NCBI RefSeq assembly: GCF_002571385.2
Contig: NW_019218285.1
Span: 42,560 to 106,559, forward strand
DNA: 64,000 nucleotides
Direction of reading: 5' to 3'
DNA from: Stylophora pistillata
Taxonomy: Eukaryota
Below the pieces are notes generated by a model, which was not told the origin of the DNA, searched no databases, and saw nothing but the letters and a program-made list of their open reading frames with translations. Below are positions 23,901 through 35,900 of the stretch, in pieces. The translations under genes were made by a program, and so were the position numbers. Numbering within the stretch: position 1 is the first letter of the stretch; each line of letters begins with the position of its first letter.

Positions 23901-26900
23901 CAAACAACTTGGAGTTCGTAAGTCCCAATCACTGATACCATCTTCTTGGAAATCCATACGTTACTTCTACAAGATGAGGCTCCTTGACACACAAAGTTTT
24001 TTTATGGGATCTGTCCTGAGTAGGTTGTAACAATTATAAGGAAAAGTCCAAATATACGAAATACGAGGGACAATTTGAAACCAACTCTGGAGAGACCAAA
24101 TTCCAATGTTGAAAGACGGTCTTTTAGACATAGGTCTGCAATAGCGTGGAATTCCTTACTTCATTCTGTTAAAAGCATAGAGGATAAGATATTTAGGAGA
24201 AAACTCCGTTCTCTTTCAACAATTATTGAGAAGATATCTTTTAATCAAACTGCTCTAGTTGGCAACAAGGATTTGGTAAATTGTAAATATTTTTAGGAAT
24301 TTTATCTTACTACCTCTATTGAAATTTATGCTAGGATTATAAACCAGTTTGAATCACTACTCACATTTTAATTTATGCTAGGATTTTTCTACTTTTTTTT
24401 GTAATTACTTTACTTAAATAGAAGCTAGATTTGTCGCAGGTCCACATCAGCTTAATGCTGCCAGTAACCAACCTGCGTTACCAAATAAATTATCTATGTA
24501 TGTATGTAGGTATGTATCAACTATTGTGTTTTCACACTTGTGTTCTCGTCTCTTGAGTATTAAGGCTCTAGAAGAATCCTTTTTCAATTTATTGATCTTG
24601 CAGCATGCCGCTAAATTGCCTTTTGTAAGATTTGTTTCGCAAAACAGTATTTTATACACAAAGTTTTTGTCACTATCACCTANATTAAGCACATCAATTT
24701 GTTTACCTACTTTCTTAATTAACTTAAAATTTAACTCATTGTCAATTACAACTCCTATGAGTTCCACATTATCGCTCGCTTTGACTTGGAAACCATCAAT
24801 ATCAAGTTCTACTAGATCACTTTTTCGCTAGGGAAAAACTAGGATTAACGCCGCACCTGACTGAAGTTTGGAGACAAGAACTGGATAAAACCAAAACTGT
24901 GGGGGTATTGTTTATAGACTTTAAAAAGGCATTTGATTCCAATTGTCATAAAACGATGGCCCTCAAACTCCAAGCTTGTGGAATATCAGGGAACCTATAC
25001 AATCTGATTGAAAATTACTTATCTGAGAGAAAACAGTTTGTTGAGGTCAAGGGGAAAAGATCTAATGAAGTGACAGTCAAGTTTGGCGTACCCCAGGGAT
25101 CAGTACTTGGCCCCAGGCCTTTTAGTATTTACGTCAATGATCTGTCTGAGGTGCCTAGTTGTGGAAAGATGGAAATGTTTGCTGGCGACACAACTCTATA
25201 TTGTAAAGGTAATTCCATAGATGATGTCAGCCTTAAGATCCAAACTTCTTTAACTGAAATAGCTAAGTGGTGTAACAAGAATTGTTGAACAATTCATCGC
25301 GATAAAACTGCGGTTATGCTTCTTACCCGTAATGTTTTCATTGCTCCTCTACGACCAATCAAACTGGGTGGTCATGCCATTAACTATGTCAACAAGTCAT
25401 AATGTCTTGGGTTTATGATTGACAATAAGTTAAGCTGGGGACACCACATCAAAGAGCTATCAATACCTATGGCCAAGAAGGTGAAGCAACTGCGCAGGTT
25501 TAAAAGCCTTCCCTCTCATATCTTGGAGTCTATATATTTTAAAGGAATTTTACCAAGCATCACTTATGGAATTTGTGTATGGGGTAACTGTAGTGAAGCA
25601 AAATTAGGTGTTTTAGGGAAAATTCACCTGAGTGCTTCCAAGCTCATCTTCAAACAACTTGGAGTTCGTAAGTCCCAATCACTGATACCATCTTCTTGGA
25701 AATCCATACGTTACTTCTACAAGATGAGGCTCCTTGACACACAAAGTTTTTTTATGGGATCTGTCCTGAGTAGGTTGTAACAATTATAAGGAAAAGTCCA
25801 AATATACGAAATACGAGGGACAATTTGAAACCAACTCTGGAGAGACCAAATTCCAATGTTGAAAGACGGTCTTTTAGACATAGGTCTGCAATAGCGTGGA
25901 ATTCCTTACTTCATTCTGTTAAAAGCATAGAGGATAAGATATTTAAGAGCAAACTCCGTTCTCTTTCAACAATTATTGAGAAGATATCTTTTAATCAAAC
26001 TGCTCTAGTTGGCAACAAGGATTTGGTAAATTTGAAATGTTTTTAGGAATTTTATCTTACTACCTGTATTGAAGTTTATGCTAGGATTGTAAACCAGTTT
26101 GAATCACTACTTATATTTTAATTTATGCTAGGATTTTTGTACTGTTTTTGTAAATTTTTTCTATTGTTTTTGTAATGCGCTAGCTGATGTTTGGCTGTGT
26201 AGCCGCGTGATGCGGTTCCTGTCAATACCCACTAATTGACCCTTGCTCACCATAGAGTCTCCTGTAGCTATGGTTAAAGCATCCGACTAGATCACGGAGG
26301 GTCGTGGGTTCAAATCCCATCTGGAAACTCGGCTTTCGTAATTACATGTAATTTAATTGGATAGAAGTTAGATTTATCGCAGGTCCACATCAGCTTAACG
26401 CTGCTATTAACTAACCTACGTTAACAAATAAACTATGTATGTATGTCTATATGTATGCATGTATGTATGACCACGCTCCTATGCTGTTGTATCTAGTAAC
26501 CGTACCTATCGAAGAAATCGTAGGCAGCTACGTTTGGTCCCACCTGCGGCAAACCTGCTGGTTAGTTCTGAACAACCACATGATACCAACAAGGAACAGC
26601 AACCTATCCAGTGTGCCACACTCCAAGAAAATTCTGGAGGCAACTCCTGGTCCAGCTAGTCCCACGACAACTACTGTCCCCATGGCGTCCAGCCTTACTG
26701 AAACAAGGAGTGGCCGCACAGTTAGACCGCCAGCCCGTTTTGAAGACTACACGTCTTAGGAAATTTGTGAACAGTGTTGTTAGAGACATTTTTGCTTTGG
26801 ATTGCTTTTAAGGACTTCTCGTTAGGGTTTTCTATCTTTTATAAAGGGGAAGATGTTATGATTTCATTGTTATACACGTCATGGCCATGTGACCTGGCGC

Positions 26901-29900
26901 CCTCCCTCGTGTTCGTTCGAACGTGAACTATTTAAAAAACTAAGTTGTGTTTGATTATACCTAAGCCGTTCGCTTTCTCCCTACAATCTAAACATCCATA
27001 GCAACGTTCTCGCCGGGTAATCGAACAACGCCATTCCAGTTGCTCAATACTGAAGAAAGTGCTAAATCACCAAAAGGCACAGCAGCAGAGCTGGTCACTG
27101 AGCTAATGAATCTCTTCCCTGCGGGATTCCTAGTTACACACCAAGCAGTTGTGATATGACGCGTCATATCACAATTTGTTTTGCATTTTGAAGTGCGCGT
27201 CCGCTGTCCCGAGATGCGATCACTCCCGCTTTTTTGATGGCGCGTGTGCCCAGCGTGACGGTGTTTCTGTCGGAAAAGGTAGAGGAATCCTCAATTTAAA
27301 ACGTAAGGATTGACGGTAACTTATTTGGATTCCTTGTGAATTATTGTGGTGTAATTCGCGATTACACCAGGTATCGACAATTTCTCAGAATTTTTTTAGG
27401 ATTCATTTTCTAAAAGAGAGGCTTTCTCGAGCGGAACAATATTCTTGCTTTGTACTAGAAATACAAGGAGATATCTCTCCTTAAGCGCTCTGAGTTGTAA
27501 TACATGTGTAATTTTTGGTGTTGACACCTGATGCCAAAGTCAAAATCTTCTCCGTGCAGCTTAAGAGACGAAGCTTCCTTCTGAGGTTTATAGCAGACTT
27601 AAAATATCTACGATTGAAACTGCAATATATTTTTAGCTTTTAATAGTTTCATTTTCACTGCAGTCTTTGAATGAGCTGTCAGACAGAACATAGCTAAGCG
27701 TTCCCCCATTTAGAGGCTATCAAGGACAAGTTTCAACCTAGCACCTCATCGAAAATGGATGACGAATACTCATATTATGGTAAGAAGTCTACATTGCAAT
27801 TTGAAATGAATGTAAATCGAAACCAAACGGATAATATTGAATCTTCTTGTGTACCTATAGAAGCGTTTGCACTCGTGATCGTTTAACGGCAAACATTGTA
27901 ACTCTGGTGTTAGGTATAAAATAACTGATAAATGGAGTTATAACGCAATCTAGTAGAGTCTTGCGCCACTTTTAAGCAACAGATCGAGACATTTTTAGCT
28001 TGCATATTGTAGATGTTCATTATTTACGCACCAATGCACTAGTAGGACTTGTGTACACGACTTCGCAAATTTCTCGAATTTGTTATCAATATCTAAGTTC
28101 AAGAAACTACTGAAAAGTGCAGTTGTTGTTTATCATTTTATCAGTGTTCGTGATCTAGGAAATTTTCTTAAAATTAAACACAACAATCTCAAAGGGTTGA
28201 AGCACCTGGAAACAAGTGTTTCAAGTCAATTTCTGATGCAAGTTCATGAAAAGCGCAAAAGAAAGCAAGCTCGTATCAATTCGAAAAATTTGTAAAGGGG
28301 AGATTGAGGCATGGTTAAAGTCTAAAACGGGACCATTTCATTTAATTCTAAGCCCACGGAACGCTTTTAAAAATCACCAATATTTCAAAATCCAAATGTT
28401 ACATTTCGTAGCAAATTTTTAATTATCATTTTCCCCATGCGGTATAACTCAGAATCGGTTCAGGTTAAGCTCATGATAAATGGAAATAGTGTTGTTTTCG
28501 AGGATATTAAAACTAGTTTGGGGCTATTCATTTCCGTGCGGATAAACCAAGCTGAACTTCGTGAAAATCACGACATCGTCATTTACGTCACGACATAATC
28601 TAATTAGGCACCCTGTGGTTAAATCCGGAATTCCAAGCACGTTTTTGAAGTTAGCACGGTTAGGAGTGTGGAAAGTGCAGAGTACGGAGTGCTTTCCACA
28701 CTCCTCATTTTCCATTTAAAACTCTTGAACAAAAGCTCATCTTTCAAACCGGCAGTCTAANNNNNNNNNNNNNNNNNNNNNNNNNNNNNNNNNNNNNNNN
28801 NNNNNNNNNNNNNNNNNNNNNNNNNNNNNNNNNNNNNNNNNNNNNNNNNNNNNNNNNNNNNNNNNNNNNNNNNNNNNNNNNNNNNNNNNNNNNNNNNNNN
28901 NNNNNNNNNNNNNNNNNNNNNNNNNNNNNNNNNNNNNNNNNNNNNNNNNNNNNNNNNNNNNNNNNNNNNNNNNNNNNNNNNNNNNNNNNNNNNNNNNNNN
29001 NNNNNNNNNNNNNNNNNNNNNNNNNNNNNNNNNNNNNNNNNNNNNNNNNNNNNNNNNNNNAGACTAGATCACCCGTTCCGGGCATCACTGTTTCCATAGA
29101 CGTTGGATGAAGGAGAGGGTCACAAAAATTCCGTGCATTCTAGAAGAGTTATCCAGCCATGCTAAGGGAAAATGCGCAGGCCCTATCGGAGAATTAATAA
29201 TGCGTTTTTGAGAAAAATTTTTCAGAACAATTTTTCAGCTAACCCTTTTTTCAGGTTTGCGTTGTTTAAAATTATCATTTCGAGGAAGATTTCGAAAACG
29301 TCGCAAAGCGCCGGTCTAGTCAAACTGCGCGACATGTTCATTATTCCAGATTTTTTTAAATTTGTGGTTTGCTTACAGAGATTTAATGTGTCAGCCTTCG
29401 GAATTACAGAAGCTGTGCAAGGGAAGACAAATAAGTAGTTGCTGCAAATAATAATTTCATACTAACCAAATGCGTGGCAGTACGGAGCGAGCGCAGCGAG
29501 GTCCGTTGAAAAATGACCGAGGGCCAACAATACAGCTCAAGCAAGTGATGTTACGAAGTTTTTTTATCATGGCCTGTAAAGATCCTGAGAGCTCAGGATT
29601 TAACAAGATTGAATATAGCGATCCTTTAATGTCCGCCAACGTGTAGAACGTAGAAACTACGTATTCCGAGCCCGCCGACTTGTCTGCGGTTGCCAATAAT
29701 ACCATACATTGTTACAAGACCGTTCGGAAAAAGTTCTTTAATTTTAATTTTTCGGCTTTCGCTAACAAAAATATACGGCTTATGACCGCTTCCGTGGAAA
29801 TGGTACGTGTGGCAAGGTCCAGTCAAAGTAAGAACTAATCGCACGGTTGGATTTACCTCAAAACTGTCCTGCCATTTCGTAAGTTTTTATAACCTTCAAG

Positions 29901-32900
29901 CTCGAGGTATTAATTTACGTAAATAGTCTATTTTCTCACTGAGCTTTTTTGCTTGAAAATACATGTCCTTGCAACTTTTTACCTCGTGCTTGCGTTTTTC
30001 TGCTAGAAACTCATTGTAGAGAAAGGGTCACACCTGATCACAAGTTTTTTTATAGGTGTGGTCGTTAACTCGATCGAATTGGTTTTAAGTGTTTAGCGTA
30101 CGTTTTGACATACCTTTTTTAGATTTTGACGTTCAAAAAATGTTAAATCGATGTCAGTGACGTTATACACCGACTAATCGCAGCTTCAACATCTGGAGCA
30201 ACCTACAAGCTTTTGATTGTAGTATTTTGAACCTTACCTGGGTAACTGATAATTGAAAATTTGCGACGAAATGCGATCTGTAGATTTTGAAATATTGGTG
30301 ATTTTTGAAAGCGTTCCCTGAGCTCAAAAGTAAATGAAATGGTCCCGTTTTAGACTTACGCCATACTTTAATCCCTCCTATAGAAATTTGTCAAATTGAT
30401 ACGAGCTTGCTTTCTTTTGCGCTCTTCATGAGCAAAGTTCATTTGCCTCTACTCGGTGCACTGATTTCCGCCGTTTTACGGCTACTGACGCTCGACTCAG
30501 TTTTCGTGAATATTCTAGGATAAAGAAGCAAATCTAGGGAAAAAACCTTACCACGTTTCTAAGTTCACTATAGGGTAAATCTGGCAAAAATGCGAAGGTT
30601 TCAAGTTTTTGGTCATGTGCCACATTTTTCGATTTTCACTCGGTTATTTCAAACATTCGCTCTCAAGGCTACAGAATTGACTGTACCTGAAAAAGAATTT
30701 TTAGGAACTTGAGTCTTTCCTCCTTTCCTCTCTCCAATTCTAAATCGTCCTCTTTCCTTTTTCTTCCGTTATATTAATTGTTGAACAGAATGGATGACCA
30801 TCATTTTACTGTATTTTAATGGCAGACAAGGCTCAGGGACATATGTGATTTAGGGAGAATTTTTCAGTGGGGAGGGGGGGAAGGGAAGAGAATCCTTAAC
30901 TGTTTTTTTGGGGAATACAAATTAGCGTTTTTGCCGTACTTTTGTTTCTTTGTCAGTTGACTTGAAGAGATATAACACGATAAATCGTCATGTAAATCGT
31001 GACTGATTTCTCACTTTTTAATTTACAGGCGAAGATGAACGAGAAGGAAATGAAGATCTTTGTTTTTTTAACGTCCGTGACCATGTTGACCAAGATGACG
31101 GAGTTCGTGAGACAATTGAGGAGAATATAGACAGAGAGTTGGATTCATCATCTGCCATAAACAAGAACAAGCAAGAAGGCCAGGAGGAGGAAGAAGAAGA
31201 CTCAGAAGAATTAGAGCGAAAAACAAAAGAACTGCAAGTGATATTCAATTGTTTACCACCAGTTCTTATCAAAAGAGTTCTCGGTCGAGAAGACGTTAAG
31301 GGAAGTATCGAGAAAGCGAGTCGGAAGCTACAAGAGTTTCAAGATATGGAGAATCCTGCAGACAGGGAGACCGCGTTAGGGCAGGGAACCACAGTGGTAA
31401 CAGAAGGCGTGGTAAAATTTGAATACGAGGAGCACAGGGGCCATGATATCAAAGGTAAGGAGTTATCAATTAGATAAAAGGTGTAGGTTTTAAAAGAAAC
31501 TGTAATGTTGTGTCGGTGGGAGGTATTACAATATAATTTAGTTTTATAAACTGAGTTTCTAATATAAATTGGCCACCATAAAGAGTTTCTAAAGCTTAGA
31601 TTTCGAGAGAAAAATGACGAAGAGCTGATACTAAAAACATCAGTTTTAACGTTGACTGATTTTTTGGGGAATACAAATTAGCGTTTTAACTTTTTCTTTG
31701 TTTCTTTGTCATTTGACTTCAAGAGGTATATCATGATAAATCATCATGTAAATCAGGACTGGTCCCTCACTTTTTAATTTACAGGCGACGATGATTACGC
31801 TGAAGAAGAAGGAAATAAAGATCTTGGTTCTTTTAACGCCCGTGAACATGTTGACCAAGATGACAGGGTTCATGAGACAATCGAGGAGAATATAGACACA
31901 GAGTTGGATTTATCATCTGCTATAAACAAGAACAAGCAAGAAGACCAGGAAGAGGAAGAAGAAGACCCAGAGGAGTTAGAGCGAAAATCAAAACAATTGC
32001 AAGGTATTTTCAGTTGTCTACCATCAGTTCTTATCAAGAGAATTCTCCGTCGAGAAGACGTCAAGGGAAGTATCGAGAAAGCAAGTCAGAAGCTACAAGA
32101 GTTTCAAGATATGGAGAATCCTGCAGTCCTTTTTAAAAATCCGGCTGAAGGAAAACCATCGGCGGAAAGACCTGAAGGAAAATTTGAAGCTACTCAGACA
32201 CGCAGCTCTATTAAGCAAGCTTGGGTGGCAGAGGGAAAACCCTACCGAGGCCCTGAACAGGAAAGTAACAGAGGGAGGAAAAAGGGAAGAAAGCCCAGGG
32301 AAAAAAATCAAAAGCAAGGGCAATATGACGATGCAGTACGACACGATGAAGGTAGGAATAGTTGTGATGGTGATATATCAGATCAAAGTGAAGGGAACCA
32401 TGCTTATAGAGGCCACAACCCAACATCGCCACCTGATGCACCGAAACCACAATCAACTCGATCACTTTCACAGTCCAGAAAACCAGAACGTTCGCAAGAA
32501 GTAACTCGGTCACCTTCACCATCCAGCAGGAAAGTATCGCCACGAAAACCACTGTCAGATCCATCACCCTCGCAATCAGGCCAAAAATCAACACCACCAC
32601 CTGTTGCACCGAAACCACAATCAACTCGATTACTCGATCACTCGACACCCAAACCGAAGGAAACGGCTAGTGGACGAGGTGGGAGGCCAGGAGGCAATTA
32701 CCGGGAACAATATCCAATTCCAGGAGATTTTCAGGAGAGCGACCAGTTTCCAGATGCCGAAGATCAATCTCAGTTCATGCTAAGGCAACTGAGCCAACGA
32801 AATCGAGGAAGTAGAGATTGTCATGAAATGCAGGTTCATCCAGTATCTTTGAGGGAGCTTGTCGGCAGTGAAACTATAGCCCCCAGTTCTATTGATGATT

Positions 32901-35900
32901 CCGATAGAGAGAAGGTCAGACAAGATGAACCCAGCAAAATCGGACAGGAAGACAGCGGTAGGGCACAGAACCGCCGTAGTAACAGAGGACGTGGTCAAAC
33001 TGGGATAAGAGGAGCACAAAGCAAGTCCAGTGTGACGGGAGAGGGGCCTGCTGACATGGTGGAAAACGGAGAAGATCGGCCTCAATTTGAAAGAAATAAA
33101 TTACTAATCCAGGGGTTAGGAGGGAAAACAACTGAAGACGGATTGAGGAACTTTATTGAGGCAAAGAGCGGTGGGGAAGAGGTTAAAGACGTACAGATGC
33201 TGAAGAATGGAAATGCCTTGGTCATTATGGCCGATAATATCAAAGGTAGGGAGTTTTTTCAATTGAATAAAAGGGGTATGTTTCAAAAGAAGCTGTGATG
33301 CTGTGTCGGTGGCGGGGGGGGGAGTATTACAATGTAATTTAGTTTTATAAACTGAGTTGCTAATGTAAATTGGCCACCATAAAGAGTTTTTAACGCTTAA
33401 TTTTCGAGAGCGAATGACGAAGAGCTGACACTAGAAACATCAGTTCGAAACGTCAGCTTTACAAACTCTTTACGGTAGCTAATTTTACTATCACCCTAGT
33501 TGATAAATGCGGATTTATGTTCTTTTCGATCGAATATGGAGGGAAAGCAGGAATTGTTTGATAGTGTCGCTTTAATCTGTTCGCGAGTTATCAGGCAAGA
33601 GAGCTCACGCTAACTTAGTTGCAACCTGTCAGTTTCAAGCAATGAACTTATCTTCGATAAACATGTTTGATTAAAAATGTTGTATACTTTGGTTGTACCA
33701 TATTTTTATATTTCGAAATACAAACTCTGATTGCCTTTTCTTTATCAAACTATCAAAATAAGTGAGATCCAAATGATTAATTGATGTTGGTAATATACAA
33801 GTTATTAAATAAGAGTTGTCTTTCAGGATGACATCCAAACGGTAGATTACGAGAAAAAGGTTTGTTGAAAATGCGATCTTTTTATTTCAGATTTCAGAAA
33901 AATCAATACCGAATGCGAAGAAAGAGGTCTGGACGATGCACAGGTTTCCATTGAACAAGTCCCGGTTTGCAAAAGCATCCTTGTCACTGGCTTTTCTAAA
34001 AATGTTACCCATAATTTTATTGAACAGTACTTTGAGAGTCCTCGAAACGGTGGGGGTCCTGTGGAGAAGGTTCACTACATACCGAAAAGTGGCCGAGCTG
34101 TGGTTGTGTTCCAATATACAAAAGGTTTGTAACTCATCGGTCTTAAAAATAGAGGTATGGTCTGATTCTTTCTGGCACAATACCTGACATTCAAAACTCA
34201 AAAAGTGATGATTGATTGATTGTTCTACTCTGTCCGAAACACCCAACTGCCTTTTGGTTTTTCGTCGCTCTCAAGATTAAGGGTCAGAGAGACTTGAGAA
34301 ATGACAAATAACTTTTGACAATGAAAAACTGCGATAAAATGAGAGCCAGTTTAGAATGCTTAAAAAATGCGGCACGAAATGGGATTGTCTTGTTTATGAA
34401 ATGTTGTACATAAGAACAATAAGGCCCAATTTAAACACCCAGAGCGACTCCATTAGGGCTAAACTCTTTGTTTAACTTTTAACGTTTTGTAATTTTATTC
34501 ACCGCTTCATTATATATATACTCGATTTTATTATTATTTTAGTTTACTTGATAATGACGTTCTGGAAACGTCGAAACGTCGTGTCATGCTTTATAATATT
34601 TTATCGCAGTTTTTCATTCTCAAATGTTTTACCAAATCTTTGCTTATACAAATAACTTTCTCCAAGAAATTCCTGACACTGAGTTGTTTCAATCAACAGA
34701 TATGGAAAGGGTATTAACGAGACATGAGGAGAAACCTCACGTGTTACAACAAACCCAGGTGTCAATTGAAGTTTATAAAGAGTTTCTAGAGGTTGAAGAA
34801 GCTGATGTAGTAGATGGTTCAGGTGACTTAGGAGCGACTGCAATCAGAGCCAGTGAAGCTCGAGAGAGCAAGAAGCACGATGCCAAACCAAAACAGTTGC
34901 ACGTACCTGTGGATCCAGATGTCATGGAGTATGTCAATTCCACAGGTTTCCAAGCTGAACTGAACAATTTGATGGCTGTAAAGAAGAGCGAAATCACCTG
35001 GAAAGCCAACAAAAAAATGGCTGTCATAGTGTACCGTGGGGAAGAAGAGAGCAATTCCTGGCAATCTGAATGCGTTAATCAGCTGCAAAGCTACTTCGGC
35101 AAGTTTGCAAAGTGCGATGTGCAGGTCAGCAAGGATTTCTGGGAAGCCGTGGTAGCTAAAGTTCCCAGCATTCGCGCCTGCTTGGGAGTTGTTCCCCCGC
35201 TGGTCAAGACTATTCCAGATTCAAATGTGGCTAGGATCGTTTCATTAGGAACAGATGTGAAAAGTAACGAGGAAAAGGTGAAGTCTAAGTTAGAAGAAAT
35301 CTACCGCGAGGAAACCAGAAAAACTTACTTAAAGAAGAAAATTCCAAATGTTCCTAAGAAGCGCTTAATTTTTCTGAAGAAAATAAAACTTGCTGAGAAA
35401 CTTCAAGAAAAGAACAAAGAGTTGGAGATCAAGTTCGATGGTGAAGCTGAAGAAGTATATTTGGAAGGTCCCCAGCCACNNNNNNNNNNNNNNNNNNNNN
35501 NNNNNNNNNNNNNNNNNNNNNNNNNNNNNNNNNNNNNNNNNNNNNNNNNNNNNNNNNNNNNNNNNNNNNNNNNNNNNNNNNNNNNNNNNNNNNNNNNNNN
35601 NNNNNNNNNNNNNNNNNNNNNNNNNNNNNNNNNNNNNNNNNNNNNNNNNNNNNNNNNNNNNNNNNNNNNNNNNNNNNNNNNNNNNNNNNNNNNNNNNNNN
35701 NNNNNNNNNNNNNNNNNNNNNNNNNNNNNNNNNNNNNNNNNNNNNNNNNNNNNNNNNNNNNNNNNNNNNNNNNNNNNNNNNNNNNNNNNNNNNNNNNNNN
35801 NNNNNNNNNNNNNNNNNNNNNNNNNNNNNNNNNNNNNNNNNNNNNNNNNNNNNNNNNNNNNNNNNNNNNNNNNNNNNNNNNNNNNNNNNNNNNNNNNNNN

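Noticed and set aside
23371-26150. Tandem duplication of the LINE 3' half as a biological event
   Set aside because: The near-identical copies are separated by a single-N contig join (24683), so an assembly overlap is as likely. The same applies to the SINE dimer around 49055.
26255-26335. tRNA-like sequence with GGTTCAAATCCC
   Set aside because: No convincing cloverleaf, and it is embedded in a LINE 3' region; best read as a SINE head remnant.
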